Shown piece by piece: positions 29,258 to 40,700 of a stretch of 64,000 nucleotides of DNA. The stretch is taken from positions 1 to 64,000 of the forward strand of contig JBGPQV010000011.1 of assembly GCA_041489255.1 (NCBI GenBank), read 5' to 3'. The stretch is from Thermoplasmata archaeon. Its GTDB lineage: Archaea; Thermoplasmatota; Thermoplasmata; RBG-16-68-12; JAFNFQ01. Position numbers and translations under genes: made by a program. The notes beneath the pieces are model-generated. The model did no database searches, was not told the DNA's origin, and saw nothing but the letters and a program-made list of their open reading frames with translations. Numbering within the stretch: the first letter of the stretch is position 1; each line of letters begins with the position of its first letter.

Positions 29258-30319
29258 TCAATACGCTGAAAAACGAACATCCATGCTCGGCAATGAAACG
29301 CCCGACCCTCGCCTCACCTCGCCTACCACCTTCGCCTTCACGGACTTTCCGAGCGTCCGCATTATCCCTTTCACCTCGTCTTCGGGAGCGACAACGCACA
29401 TTCCCATTCCCATGTTGAAGGTCCTGTACATCTCGGTGTCTTCTATCCCCGCCAGCGTCTGGATTGCACGGAAGATCGGCTGCGGCTCGAGCGGGTCGGT
29501 GACGACAAACTCGACTTTCTCCTTGAGGCGTACGATGTTGGAGAGCCCGCCGCCGGTGAAGTGCGCCATGCCGTGCACCTCGTGCTTCCTCAGCACCGCC
29601 ATGACCGGGCGGACATAGATGGCGGTTGGCTCGAGCAACGATTGGCCGACGCTGCCGCTCCCGCCAGGAAGCGAATCATGCACAGACAGACCGGCCTCCT
29701 TGAAAACGCGGCGGGCGAGCGTCAGGCCGTTCGAATGGATGCCCGTGCTACTCAGCCCTATGATGACGTCTCTATGCTTGATTGCCTTGCCCGCCACGAT
29801 CTTGCTCTTCTCAACGATGCCCAGGCAAGTTCCCGCCAAGTCGAAGTCTCGTATGACTTCTGGCAGAATCGCTACCTCGCCACCGATGATCGATATGTTC
29901 GCTCGACGCGCCCCCTCGTTGAGGCCGATGCCAATCTGCCTCGCGATCTCCTCGTTGTATTTCTCCACGGCAAAGTAATCGACGAATGCAATCGGCTCTG
30001 CTCCAATGCAGATCATGTCGTTGGCGTTCATGGCTACGCAGTCGATCCCCACAGTGTCCCACTTTCGCATCTGGGTCGCGACTAGCAATTTGGTCCCGAC
30101 GCTGTCCGTGCACAATGACAAGGCGTGCTTACCGAAATCCGCGAGACCTGTGAAGTGGCCGATGCCGACCAGAGGTTTGCCTTTTCCCTTCCGGCTGTAT
30201 GTCAGCTGCTCAACTATCGCCGAGATGTGCGAGGCTTTCCGGCTCTGATCGACTCCCGCCTCGGCGTATGTCCTGACAGCGGTCATCGAATAAGGCATCG
30301 CTTCATCCGACTTGAACAT
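29258..30319 (-). CDS. purM: Phosphoribosylformylglycinamidine cyclo-ligase
   Basis: YAEAGVD, TDSVGTK, GIHSNG, HFTGGG and TFNMG. Confidence 0.96.
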   Translation of the reverse strand: MFKSDEAMPYSMTAVRTYAEAGVDQSRKASHISAIVEQLTYSRKGKGKPLVGIGHFTGLADFGKHALSLCTDSVGTKLLVATQMRKWDTVGIDCVAMNANDMICIGAEPIAFVDYFAVEKYNEEIARQIGIGLNEGARRANISIIGGEVAILPEVIRDFDLAGTCLGIVEKSKIVAGKAIKHRDVIIGLSSTGIHSNGLTLARRVFKEAGLSVHDSLPGGSGSVGQSLLEPTAIYVRPVMAVLRKHEVHGMAHFTGGGLSNIVRLKEKVEFVVTDPLEPQPIFRAIQTLAGIEDTEMYRTFNMGMGMCVVAPEDEVKGIMRTLGKSVKAKVVGEVRRGSGVSLPSMDVRFSAY

Positions 30320-30463
30320 TTGGCAGACCGTTCAGGTGGACTTTGCGGCATTGCGACTCCTCGGTCCCCTCAATCCCTGATTCGTCCTCCATAAGCTCTT
30401 GGGTGTCCCCCTTCGAGCTGCCGAATCGAAGCATACAAGTCGGGGAAGGCGGTTCCACCCCGC

Positions 30464-31072
30464 ATGGGCAAGGCGTGGATCAAGCAGAGGAAGAGAGACG
30501 TGTACTACCGCGCCGCGAAGCGCGAACACTTCAGGAGCCGATCCGCCTTCAAGCTCATCCAGATCCAGGAGAAGTTCGGCGTGATGGAGGAAGGATGGGC
30601 GGTGCTCGACCTGGGCTCATCGCCCGGCGGCTGGTCGCAGGTCTCCAGGAATATGGTGGGCGACGACGGAGCGGTCTTCGCGGTGGACATCGTCGGGATG
30701 ACTCCGATCGATGGCGTCAAGTTCTTCCACGGTGACCTCAGGGACGTGCGCTTTCTCAATGAACTCGTGGCGAGCATCGGGGCTGTGGATGCTGTGATAT
30801 CGGATATGGCCCCCCGGCTCTCAGGCAACAAGTCCTATGATCAGGCAAGAACATTGGAGCTGGCCGAGATTGCGTTCGATGTGGCATGCACTTGCCTCAG
30901 GGATGGCGGCAACTTTGTCGCGAAGGCGTTCAGGGGAGAGGATTTCGAGCCGTTCCTCTCGCGCGTCTCTTCTCGATTCAAGAGGACAAAAGCAATCTCG
31001 CCTCCAGCAACGTCGAAAGGCAGCGCCGAGGTCTACGTCGTCGCATTAGGTTTCAAAGGCCAGCGGACCTGA
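30464..31072 (+). CDS. rlmE: 23S rRNA 2'-O-methyltransferase RlmE/FtsJ
   Basis: RSRSAFKL, DLGSSPGGWSQ, SDMAP and SAEVY. Confidence 0.95.
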   Translation: MGKAWIKQRKRDVYYRAAKREHFRSRSAFKLIQIQEKFGVMEEGWAVLDLGSSPGGWSQVSRNMVGDDGAVFAVDIVGMTPIDGVKFFHGDLRDVRFLNELVASIGAVDAVISDMAPRLSGNKSYDQARTLELAEIAFDVACTCLRDGGNFVAKAFRGEDFEPFLSRVSSRFKRTKAISPPATSKGSAEVYVVALGFKGQRT

Positions 31073-31087
31073 AGCTCATGGGTGAGT

Positions 31088-32254
31088 CTAGGCGCCTAGT
31101 GCCTTGGCCCTGTCCAAGCACTTCTGGGCCTCGTCCCTCATACCCAGCCTGGCGAGGACCTCTCCGCGGTTGAGCCAGGCAGCAACGTACCGTGGCTTGA
31201 GCCGCACGGCCTTGTCCTGGCACTCCTTGGCTTCGCTGAACTTCTTGGATACCGCCAGCGCCGCGCCCTTGTTGTTCCAGGCGATTGCGTATTTAGGCTT
31301 GAGCTCGAGGGCCTTATCGTAGCACTCTATCGCCTTCGCCGGGTCGCTCGACTTGAAGTAGATGTCGCCTTTGTTGCACCAGGCAATCTCATTCTCCGGG
31401 TCGAGCTTCAGTGCGACGTTCTGGCAATGGAGCGCGTCCTCGAACTTGCCCATGCGCTTGAACGCAACCCCTTTGCTGGCCCAGGCGCTCGCGGGCTTCG
31501 AGCCCATGCGGATCGCTCGGTCATAGTAGTAGATGGCGTCCTGATAGCTCCCTTCCTTGACGAGCTTGTCGCCCTGGACGATGGCCGACGTGCTCATGCG
31601 GAGCAGCATCATGCCGGCTGCCATACCGATGATGGCCACGACGATGAAGACTACCAATATGATCGGATTCGCGGCTAGGGCCGAGGAATCGTACATCCTG
31701 CCCAGGGCGAAGATGATCAGCAAGGCGACTACCGTCCCGGCGACGTCGACGTCGATCAAGCGCCCGTGGCCGACCTTGATCTTCGAGACGTCCTCCTCCG
31801 TGACCGAGACTGCGACAGGTGCCTCGGCCTCTTCCTCCGCCTCCGCAATAGTCTCCTCGACAGGCGCGGCCTCCTTGGCCTTGGCTTCCTCGGCCGCCAC
31901 CTTGGCGAACCTGGCACCGCAATGCGTGCAGACCTCGGCATGGACTGGGAGCGGCGTGCCGCAGAGCGGGCACTCGAACTCCTCGCTCGGGGCAGCCTGC
32001 TCTTCGATCAACAGCGAATCGAGCAGCTCGTCGACCAGTTCCTTCTCGACATCGATGGACTCCTTTCCTCCCTCCGCCGACGCTGCCTCCGCTTCGCCGG
32101 GGGCCTCGATCAGCTCCTCGAGGAGCTTGTCGACATCCGCCTCTTCCTTGGCTGACGCGGCCTCGAGCTTGACGCCGCACGATTCGCAGAATTCTATTCC
32201 GGGCGGGTTATCGGCACCGCAGACCCGGCACTTGGCCTTGGAGTTATCAACCAA
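31088..32254 (-). CDS. Zinc-ribbon, two-TM and TPR repeat protein
   Basis: Two CxxC-CxxC ribbons, acidic linker, two TM helices, AWxNKG TPR repeats. Confidence 0.88.
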   Translation of the reverse strand: MVDNSKAKCRVCGADNPPGIEFCESCGVKLEAASAKEEADVDKLLEELIEAPGEAEAASAEGGKESIDVEKELVDELLDSLLIEEQAAPSEEFECPLCGTPLPVHAEVCTHCGARFAKVAAEEAKAKEAAPVEETIAEAEEEAEAPVAVSVTEEDVSKIKVGHGRLIDVDVAGTVVALLIIFALGRMYDSSALAANPIILVVFIVVAIIGMAAGMMLLRMSTSAIVQGDKLVKEGSYQDAIYYYDRAIRMGSKPASAWASKGVAFKRMGKFEDALHCQNVALKLDPENEIAWCNKGDIYFKSSDPAKAIECYDKALELKPKYAIAWNNKGAALAVSKKFSEAKECQDKAVRLKPRYVAAWLNRGEVLARLGMRDEAQKCLDRAKALGA

Positions 32255-32347
32255 CGGTGCACCTTTAGGTTTTGAAGCCCGACTCTAGCATATATACCTT
32301 GCGAGACGGTTCTTGGTCGCGCGGTTTTCTCCGAATCGTTGACTCAC

Positions 32348-33013
32348 TCAGATGTTGGTGAGCAGGCCGGGTTGTTTCACCGCTGGTCTCAGTCCTTTCG
32401 CCACATAGACGAGAAGGAAATTGTTGGCGTAGAACTTGGTGAAGATGCTCGACAGCATGTCATGCACTTTGCTGACGCCGATGGGGAGGCGCGTGGCGAT
32501 CACGTTGCTCGCGAAGATGTGCTGAGCCCAACCATCCACCTGGAATCCCCTGAGCTGTTGCAGAGTGAAAAAGTGGATATGGGTGGGATCGTCGCGGCTC
32601 ACAACCTTGTCTCCATTCGGCACTTGGATGACCACGACCTTCCTGGCGACCCTGCAGAGATCTTCGATGCAGGCTCGCGTATCTGGTAGATGCTCCAGGA
32701 CCTGCAGGCAGCTGACCATATCGTACGATTTCTCTTTGAAAGGCATGTGAGGGAGAGCAGCGAGCACGCAATCGCTCGTATATCCCCTGACATCGCACCT
32801 CGCGGTTCTTAGGCCGATTGTCTTGGAGAAAACCGCGTAAGGTTGTGTGTTGGCCCCGACATCGAGGTGAGAATCGCAGCCGTACCAGAGGATGTTATCG
32901 AGCAGGATCTTCGCCACGAGGGTGTCGATGTCCCGAGGCCCCCACCCTTGCATCCAGCGCGGCAGCGTGACTAGTTTGGCGGTCGATGCTCGCGCTTCCG
33001 CGGTTCCGTTCAA
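32348..33013 (-). CDS. Class I SAM-dependent methyltransferase (type 11)
   Basis: LDVGA, PFKEKSYDMV, QVLEHL and DPTH; start uncertain. Confidence 0.82.
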   Translation of the reverse strand: MNGTAEARASTAKLVTLPRWMQGWGPRDIDTLVAKILLDNILWYGCDSHLDVGANTQPYAVFSKTIGLRTARCDVRGYTSDCVLAALPHMPFKEKSYDMVSCLQVLEHLPDTRACIEDLCRVARKVVVIQVPNGDKVVSRDDPTHIHFFTLQQLRGFQVDGWAQHIFASNVIATRLPIGVSKVHDMLSSIFTKFYANNFLLVYVAKGLRPAVKQPGLLTNI

Positions 33014-33124
33014 GGCGGTTCCCTAGACGAGGATGTACGGTATTAGTAGGTATCGCAGGCGGACACACCATGGCATCGCCGACTGGGAAAACGTTCATTA
33101 GTGAGGGGACAGCTTCCGGCCTCG

Positions 33125-34105
33125 ATGACGAAGACCGCTTTCGTAACCGGCATCACAGGACAGGACGGATCATATCTGGCTGAGCTTCTCCTGAAGAAGG
33201 GTTACATCGTCTATGGGATGATCAGGCGCCTAAGCTCTCCCAACACGCGGAACATCGCGCATATCATGGACCAGGTCGACCTAGTTGACGGTGATATGAC
33301 GGACCAGTCTTCCCTGATCACAGCACTGATGGAGTCCCAGCCTGACGAGATATACAATCTGGCGGCTCAGTCTTTCGTGGGCACCTCCTTCAGACAACCC
33401 GTACTCACCGCGGATGTGAACGGCCTCGGCGTGGTCAGGTTGCTCGACGCGGTCAGATCGACCGTTCCCGACGCCAAGGTGTACCAAGCATCGACATCGG
33501 AACTCTTCGGTAAGGCGACGGAGATACCTCAGAGCGAGACGACACCTTTCCATCCACGCAGCCCATATGGAGTCGCCAAGGTCTTCGCCTACTGGGCCTG
33601 CGTGAACTACCGCGAGAGCTACGGGATGCATGTCTCCAACGGCATCCTCTTCAACCACGAATCGCCGAGGCGGGGGATGGAGTTCGTCACGAGAAGGATA
33701 ACCTGCGGAGTGGCGAGAATCCACAACGGTCTCTCGAAGCACTTGACCCTGGGAAACCTTAACGCCAAGAGGGACTGGGGCTATGCCCCGGAATACGTGG
33801 AGGCCATGTGGAAGATGATGCAGCAGAAAGGAGCAGACGACTGCGTCATCGCGACCGGAGAGACGTATTCGGTGAAGGAGTTCATGGCGCTGGCTTTCAA
33901 GGAAGTCGGCATCAACAACTACAGGAAGTACGTGAGGATTGACGAGAAGCTGAAGAGGCCCGCAGACGTGCACACCCTTTGCGGCAACCCCGCGAAAGCC
34001 AAGAAGGTGCTCGGCTGGAAGGCGAAGACGAAGGTGCCTGAACTCGTGAAGATCATGGTAGAGGCTGACCTGGAGAGAGTGAAGGAAGAAAGGCACCACC
34101 TCTAA
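33125..34105 (+). CDS. gmd: GDP-mannose 4,6-dehydratase
   Basis: TGITGQDGSYL, NLAAQS, QASTSE, PYGVAK and RDWG. Confidence 0.96.
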   Translation: MTKTAFVTGITGQDGSYLAELLLKKGYIVYGMIRRLSSPNTRNIAHIMDQVDLVDGDMTDQSSLITALMESQPDEIYNLAAQSFVGTSFRQPVLTADVNGLGVVRLLDAVRSTVPDAKVYQASTSELFGKATEIPQSETTPFHPRSPYGVAKVFAYWACVNYRESYGMHVSNGILFNHESPRRGMEFVTRRITCGVARIHNGLSKHLTLGNLNAKRDWGYAPEYVEAMWKMMQQKGADDCVIATGETYSVKEFMALAFKEVGINNYRKYVRIDEKLKRPADVHTLCGNPAKAKKVLGWKAKTKVPELVKIMVEADLERVKEERHHL

Positions 34106-34120
34106 AGTTGCGAGAGAACG

Positions 34121-34602
34121 TCAGCTCGCTATCCAGGCTTCGATCCTCTCCACGTCCTCTTTCAATCCCTTCTGGGTGGCCAGCGATTTGTCAATCCATT
34201 TCTCCATGAAGTCTTTCTCTTCTTGTATGCTCGGATCGGCCCGGGCGAGTTGTCTCACTATCGCGATGTTCCCTCGCCGCCACGATACGATGTCCTTCGC
34301 CATCAGCCGCTCCTTCGAATAGGGATTGCGCTCCACCGCCACGTCGGACTGCTCGACCCAGAGTTTGAGGACGATGTCATAGATGAGCCCCATGAGCAGG
34401 AATACTCCGATGACGATCAGGAAGAGTATCATCGTCCCGAGGAAATAGTCGCCTTGCCTCACGATTCCGAGGCTTACAAAGTGCTGGTGGAAGTAGTTCG
34501 GGTAGAAGACGCCGGCCAATGTCAGCCCCAGAAGAAGAGGCCGATTAGCGTCTGGCTCTGCTGTATCCGCCACAGCTGCACCATGAATCCTTTCTTCACC
34601 AA
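34121..34602 (-). pseudogene. Frameshifted paralog of the membrane protein at 49576-50070 (or sequencing error)
   Basis: MVKKGFMVQLWRIQQSQ from TTG 34602; one base missing at the G4 run (34526-34529); homology resumes at LTLAGVFY...KLWVEQSDVAVERNPY. Confidence 0.8.
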
Positions 34603-34635
34603 TTCGGCCACCTTGGGCTCGCTTTGAACTGAGTC

Positions 34636-34660
34636 GATATTAGTATGTGTCGCCCGCGAG
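34636..34660 (-). promoter_or_regulatory. Conserved 25-bp upstream element, copy A
   Basis: 24/25 identical to 50104-50128 and at the same distance from the paralog's TTG start. Confidence 0.6.
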
Positions 34661-35446
34661 ATATCCGCCGTTTCGGCCGACCGTTGGCTTCACAACATTC
34701 TCAATGACACCGATGACCAATGCATTCGCTCTTCGACGTTGGTAATCATAAGGCACATCCCTAACATCCTCCCAGCCAGCTTCCTCCCAACGATTGCCAG
34801 TCTGCATCCTCTTCATGAAAAGCAACTTAGCGAATCTCAAAGCGCCGTCACGTATGTATCCATCTAGAGCGGGATTCAGCCCCAGAGGCATGGTCACGAG
34901 GATTCTCCCGCCAGGCGCCAATAGACTCACGAGGTTCTCGAAACCTCTCAGTACCTTCTCGGGCTCGCGGGGTTTCTCCTCCCAGCCAACATGTTCCATC
35001 GTTGATATGCTGACGATGAGGTCGTACCTTTTCGGCGTCTGGAAGTCGACCACGTCGCGATTGACGACGCCGTCTGCGATTTCATACTTATCAACAACAT
35101 CATGAGGAAAGGAGAAGTAATTTGGCAGAACGTTTCCGATTTCAAGTGTCGTCTTCCCAAGGCTGTCCCTGACCGCCGCCCAAATGACGGGGACTTCGAC
35201 AGCCCTCTCGTTCTTCCATGTCTTGCCGTAGATGTGGTAGAAGTAGTGGTATGTTTTTCCGTCGAGACGAAAACTGTCCCCAGATCTGAATAATCTGTGG
35301 TAGCGATGGCCTATGTGGCCATCGAGACGGAAGGTCACTTCTTTGATGACAGAGCGGATGACATGGAGGACTCCTTTCTCGCGGAGGGATGTTCTCAAAC
35401 CCGGCAAGAGCCCCTGAAACCTCTCGCGGCTATGCTTCATGCTCAT
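34640..35446 (-). CDS. SAM-dependent methyltransferase-like protein (glycan locus)
   Basis: NERAVEVP, YDLIVSISTMEHVG and LAPGGRILVT. Confidence 0.75.
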   Translation of the reverse strand: MSMKHSRERFQGLLPGLRTSLREKGVLHVIRSVIKEVTFRLDGHIGHRYHRLFRSGDSFRLDGKTYHYFYHIYGKTWKNERAVEVPVIWAAVRDSLGKTTLEIGNVLPNYFSFPHDVVDKYEIADGVVNRDVVDFQTPKRYDLIVSISTMEHVGWEEKPREPEKVLRGFENLVSLLAPGGRILVTMPLGLNPALDGYIRDGALRFAKLLFMKRMQTGNRWEEAGWEDVRDVPYDYQRRRANALVIGVIENVVKPTVGRNGGYLAGDTY

Positions 35447-35503
35447 GTCTCAGCCTGAATGAGAGCTCGTTGGAAATAGCTTCCCGTTTCCTGGTGGGGA
35501 GGC

Positions 35504-36544
35504 TCATTTGTCGATTGCCCGCTCATAGGACGCAATGTACTGAGACGCGATCTTGTCCATGTTAGCAGTCTTCTCGACGAACTCATACGCTCGCACGCCC
35601 ATCTCTCTGGTCGCCTGCGGGTCATGCATGCCCTCCTGTATGCAGCTCCATATCTCTTCGGGACTCTGGGCGAGCCATCCGGTGATCCTGTTCTGGATGA
35701 CATCTGGGATGTTGCCGAGCGGAGGTGCGATGACGGGTTTCTTGAAGGCTATGGGGAAGTAGATCGAACCCGAGGTCGTGATGTCCCTATAGGGCTGCAC
35801 CACTACGTTGCACGCCTTGAACCAGTACTGCAAATCAGCGTCTGAGATGAAGCCCAAGTGCGATATGAGGTCGGTTCGATGATTCGCCGCTTCACGGATT
35901 GCCGCCCCAAGTTCAGGTTCCCTGCATTCGCCAAAGATGCAGAATCTGACGCTCCGAGCGGTGTCCATCGATAGAAGCTTCAGGAAGTCCTCCGTCCCCT
36001 TATAAGGGTGGGTCGGAGCATAGTGGCCCACGACGAACTCCTCTTCCCCGATTCCTAGGCGAGTCCTAGCTTCCTTCTCTGAGATTGTGTCCTCGAAGGC
36101 CCCGTTGAAATTCATGCAAGGTATGACAACATCGTCTGCCTGCCAATTCTCAGGCAACCCCTTGGCGGCGAAAGCCCTCTTCGCGTCTGAAATGGATCTC
36201 TGGCTGTGCCAGACAGCGACACTCGTCCTGTCGAGATAGAGATGTGTGACCGAGAGGTCATCTTTGAACACAGGGTCATGGGGGGTGATGTTGTGCACCG
36301 TCCAGACCTTGGGAATCCGTTTTCGGAAGAACAGCTTGGCCATCGTCAGGGAATCGAAGACGTTCCAGTGGAGATGACAGACATCGTTGTCGCCAAGCGT
36401 CTTCACCCAGAACCTGATGTAGTTCCTCGGCCAGCGCAGGTACGGCATCGGCGCTTCATTCACTTCAACGCCATGGGCCCTGAGTGCAGCGTTCAGCCTC
36501 ATCACATAGCCATGTCTTGTGCTGGGCACGCAGAGCACTCTCAT
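35504..36544 (-). CDS. Glycosyltransferase family 4 (GT-B)
   Basis: WTVHN, PYKG and VVQPYRDITTSGS...KPVIAP. Confidence 0.88.
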   Translation of the reverse strand: MRVLCVPSTRHGYVMRLNAALRAHGVEVNEAPMPYLRWPRNYIRFWVKTLGDNDVCHLHWNVFDSLTMAKLFFRKRIPKVWTVHNITPHDPVFKDDLSVTHLYLDRTSVAVWHSQRSISDAKRAFAAKGLPENWQADDVVIPCMNFNGAFEDTISEKEARTRLGIGEEEFVVGHYAPTHPYKGTEDFLKLLSMDTARSVRFCIFGECREPELGAAIREAANHRTDLISHLGFISDADLQYWFKACNVVVQPYRDITTSGSIYFPIAFKKPVIAPPLGNIPDVIQNRITGWLAQSPEEIWSCIQEGMHDPQATREMGVRAYEFVEKTANMDKIASQYIASYERAIDK

Positions 36545-36547
36545 GCA

Positions 36548-37417
36548 CTAGCCTTCTCGGACGAAAAACAGATTCGTGTATCTCTTGTTCTCCTGAGTGC
36601 ATCTCTCCATGATTCCCGGGATGTCTGCTGGCCGTATCGTCCTCCTTCTTTCGTCGATTTCATGGAGAACGAAGCCCTGCTTCACGAAGAGGTCAATGTA
36701 TTCCGCAGGCTCCGTGCCGAACTGCCTGAGTCCGAACGGCCAAAACTCCGACACGATCTTAAGGCGCCTATTCTTCTTGAGGAGATCGGGCATTCCTTGG
36801 ACCGCTCCACCTTCGGCCCCTTGAATGTCCATCTTCATGAAGTCCACGCGCCCCCCGAAGTCTGCAAGGAAATCATCCAATCTAACGGCCTCTATCTCAA
36901 TCGAAGTTCGACCGTCGTTAGGATCGTAAATCCTGTGATCTCCCTTGTTATCCTCCGAGAGGAAGAGTCGAATTCGCTCGGTTCTGTTGGCGACCGCCTT
37001 TTGCACGAGAATGACGTTCTGATAACCGTTCATCTCCACGTTATTCTTCAAGAGACCGAAGTTGGTCGGGTCTGGTTCGAAGGCGATGACCTTGCCATCT
37101 GGGCCAACCAATCTCGCTGCAATCAGCGTGTGATATCCTATGTTCGCTCCGATGTCAAAGACAACATCGCCTTTCTTTATCTCCCCGTTGAGGAGGCCCG
37201 TTTCGACGGGTTCGTATATTCCTCTAATCGACAAAGCCATGCCATCATTCTGGTCGAGGAGCATCTTGTGTCCCTGGACTTCTGCGATTGCAGTCGGGTC
37301 CTTGAGACGAGACACTAGGTAGTGATACGCAATCTTGACGGGATAAAGGTCCCCGACGCCTGGAGCGAGAAAAAGAGGCTCCATAATTCTAAAGGCTGGC
37401 AGTATCAGCTTCCGCAT
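36548..37417 (-). CDS. FkbM family methyltransferase
   Basis: FDIGANIGY, AFEPDP and KMDIQGAE; start inferred at ATG 37417. Confidence 0.92.
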   Translation of the reverse strand: MRKLILPAFRIMEPLFLAPGVGDLYPVKIAYHYLVSRLKDPTAIAEVQGHKMLLDQNDGMALSIRGIYEPVETGLLNGEIKKGDVVFDIGANIGYHTLIAARLVGPDGKVIAFEPDPTNFGLLKNNVEMNGYQNVILVQKAVANRTERIRLFLSEDNKGDHRIYDPNDGRTSIEIEAVRLDDFLADFGGRVDFMKMDIQGAEGGAVQGMPDLLKKNRRLKIVSEFWPFGLRQFGTEPAEYIDLFVKQGFVLHEIDERRRTIRPADIPGIMERCTQENKRYTNLFFVREG

Positions 37418-37721
37418 TATGGCGGCGTCACCGGAGTTCGACCTTATAGCGTTTGCCCGAGGAGAGTCCGGTCCGAAGGCATCCTGAGGATGTGTTCCTT
37501 CGCGCTGACCATCGCCCACGACAAGCGCCTCGCCCCAGACTTCGCACTGACCATGACCATCGGATAAGGCATTGTCGATGCAACGGCTTTGAGCAACCAC
37601 GAAATGGCAGACCCGTCGATTACGCGAAATATCAAGACATCGAACCGCGTCAACCGTCCGCTAGCTCGCTCTAGCAACGGATAAATAGAGCTGCATTGAT
37701 TCTCCAGAGAGGAGATTAGGT

Positions 37722-40700
37722 ATGCATGGGATTCGCTGTGCCGCTTTTCCTGTCTGTCTGTTGCTAGTGCTGACTGCTGCCGCTTCATTGATCGACTCGG
37801 AAGTCGCGGGCGAGCCCGTTCTCGGTGTCATTGATTTGCACTATTCGTCGCCCGCACTGGAGATCACCCCGGCACGCGAACCGCTTGAAGGTGACTTCGT
37901 CCGTGTCACCGCCCACGTAGAGCTTGATGGCACGCAGAACTGGACGAAGCGTGGCGTTGTGCTAGATAAGGGGAATCCGGGGGATCCAGACGACACTCAG
38001 GTGTCAGCGCCATTCGTAATGTACACAGGTGGCGAGTATAAGATGTGGTATGTTGGCGACCCGGGTTCCTCCCCAACTTCATACATTATGTTCGCCAACT
38101 CAACCGACGGTGTCACATGGACGAAGCACGGCACCGTTCTGAGCCCTTCTGGATTGCAGGAACAGGGCGTACACTACCCCGGCGTGATCTTGGATGGATC
38201 GACCTACAAGATGTGGTATGGCGGTTCAGACGGCACGTATTATAGGATTTTTTATGCAACCTCTCCCGACGGCCTTTCGTGGACGAGACAGGGGTTGGCT
38301 CTCGACCTCGGTCCACCCGGAGCCATGGATGACTCCTCCGTTTTTGCTCCGTTCGTCTTGAGAGAGGGTTCCACATATAAGATGTGGTATACCGGCGGCG
38401 ACGGCAGCAACAACCGCGTGATGTACGTCGAGTCAAATGACGGCATCAATTGGGGAACCAGAGAACTGAATCTAGATCTCGGGACGCCTGGCTCGGAAGA
38501 AAGCGCACACGTGCAGTTTCCCCATATACTGGTGGAGGGAGGCACGTATCACCTGTGGTATGTTGGACAACTCGCCGCCAGAGACAGGATTTTCTATGCA
38601 ACATCAGCTGATGGAAAGACGTGGACGCGGTTGGGGAAGGTCGTTGACCTCGGACCACCCGGTAGCACCGATGATGGACACTTGCTCATGCCGCGCATTC
38701 TCCATGAGTCAGGGAAGCCATATCAGATGTGGTATGCAGGGAAGGGCACACTCCAGAATATACACCACGCCACGTTCGATTTACCGATCACTCTGCCCGT
38801 GTCGGCAAGCGTGGACTTCTATCTAGACATGATTGGCCCAGGCACCAACATCGGATCGTCTGTTGTCCAAGTTGGCGCACTTGCACCGTCAAACGCCGAC
38901 ATGGTCTGGCTGGCCACGCCCGCCGGAGGTCATGTGATCTATGCCGTGATCGACGAAGCGAACTCTGTCGACGAGACCAATGAATCGAATAACGTCGCGT
39001 CTCTCGCGGTCAGGGTCGTGGCGAACAGCCCACCTGTGGCCGATGCGGGGAATGACCAGAGTGTGTTCCGGAACTCGATGGTTGTGCTGGACGGTTCAGC
39101 CACTTACGATCCCGAGGGCGACCCGATCACTTACTTATGGATCCAGACCGCCGGGCTGCCGATGCCCATGTTCGGAAGCAACACTTCCACCCCATTGGTG
39201 GTCACCTACCTCTCTGGGTTCTACACATTCCTCCTGACGGCATATGATGATCGTGGCGGGATTTCCACAGATATCACGAATGTGACGGTCACGAACCGGC
39301 CCCCCACCGCTGATGCAGGACCTGATATTAGTGTCGCCAAGAGGACGCTCGTGATTCTTGACGGATCTGGTTCTTCAGACCCGGATTCCGACTTCCTTTC
39401 ATACGATTGGGTGCAGACGGGTGGCTCTCCCGTGACTCTCCATGGCAGCAACACACCGAACCCCACTTTCATGCCTGCGACTGCCGGGCTCCGCACTTTC
39501 CGACTAACGGTAGATGACGGAGACCTCGGGGTCGCCAGTGATTCTGTCCAGGTCAATGTGACCAACCTAGAGCCAATCGCCAGCGCGGGATCGGATATGA
39601 CCGTCAGGAAGAACACGCCCGTGACCCTGGACGGGACTGGCTCGAACGATCCTGATGGAGACATTCTCTCATATTTCTGGACCCAGACCGGTGGACCGGG
39701 TGTGACCTTGTCCCGCCCAAATTCGGAGACCGCCACATTTACACCATCTGTCGCCGCCATCTACACATTCAGCCTCTCGGTCAGCGATGGCAATGGCGAG
39801 ACAGACTCCGATTCCGTCCAAGTCAATGCCACTAACAGCGGTCCGGTGGCGAACGCGGGCATGGATTTCACGGCGAGGAAGCGCTCACCCACTATACTTG
39901 ACGGCACGGGCTCATACGACCCGGATGGAGACGCCATCACGTTCCTCTGGACTCAGATGGGCGGTCCGCCAGTCATTCCAATGGGGATGGATACGGCCAC
40001 GCCGACATTCACGCCATTGCGTGCAGGCCTCTATGAGTTCCGCCTCAATGTCACCGATGCCGACGGAGTGACCGGCTCCGACCAGGTTGGCGTAAGCGTC
40101 ACGAATTCACTCCCAAGAGCGTATGCAGGACTGGATTTCACCGCCAAGAAGAAGACCATAGTGACCTTGGATGGAGGCGGGTCTTCCGATCCTGACTTGG
40201 AGGCGCTCACCTACGCCTGGTCGCAGAATGGCGGCCTGAGTGTGATAATCGTGGACGCGGACAACGCCGTCGCGACATTCACCCCGCTTATGTCTGGCAA
40301 TTATCTCTTTGAACTCACAGTGGCTGACGGCGACGGGGGCATATCCGTGGACAGCGTCCAAGTGACCGTCATCAATGCCGACCCACTGGCGGAAGCAGGA
40401 CCAGACCTGATTTGCGGGAAAGGCACTCTCGTGAGTCTCGATGGCACTTCCTCTTTTGACAGTGATGGCGACGTCCTTTCCTTTGTCTGGACTCAGACGA
40501 GTGGCCCGACCGTCTCTTTGGCGGGAATGGACACCGACTCTCCCAGCTTCACGCCAGCGTCCGTGGGTACATACAAGTTCAGGTTGGCGGTGGATGACGG
40601 TGATGGCGGGACGGACACCGACACGGTATTCGTGGTCGTCTACGGGATGGCGCCGACCGCTAGATTGACTGCGAGCGTACCGATGGCGCAGGCAGGCTCA

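Noticed and set aside
34523-34530. Selenocysteine or stop read-through at the TGA in the membrane paralog
   Set aside because: Homology continues in a different frame, so this is a frameshift rather than read-through
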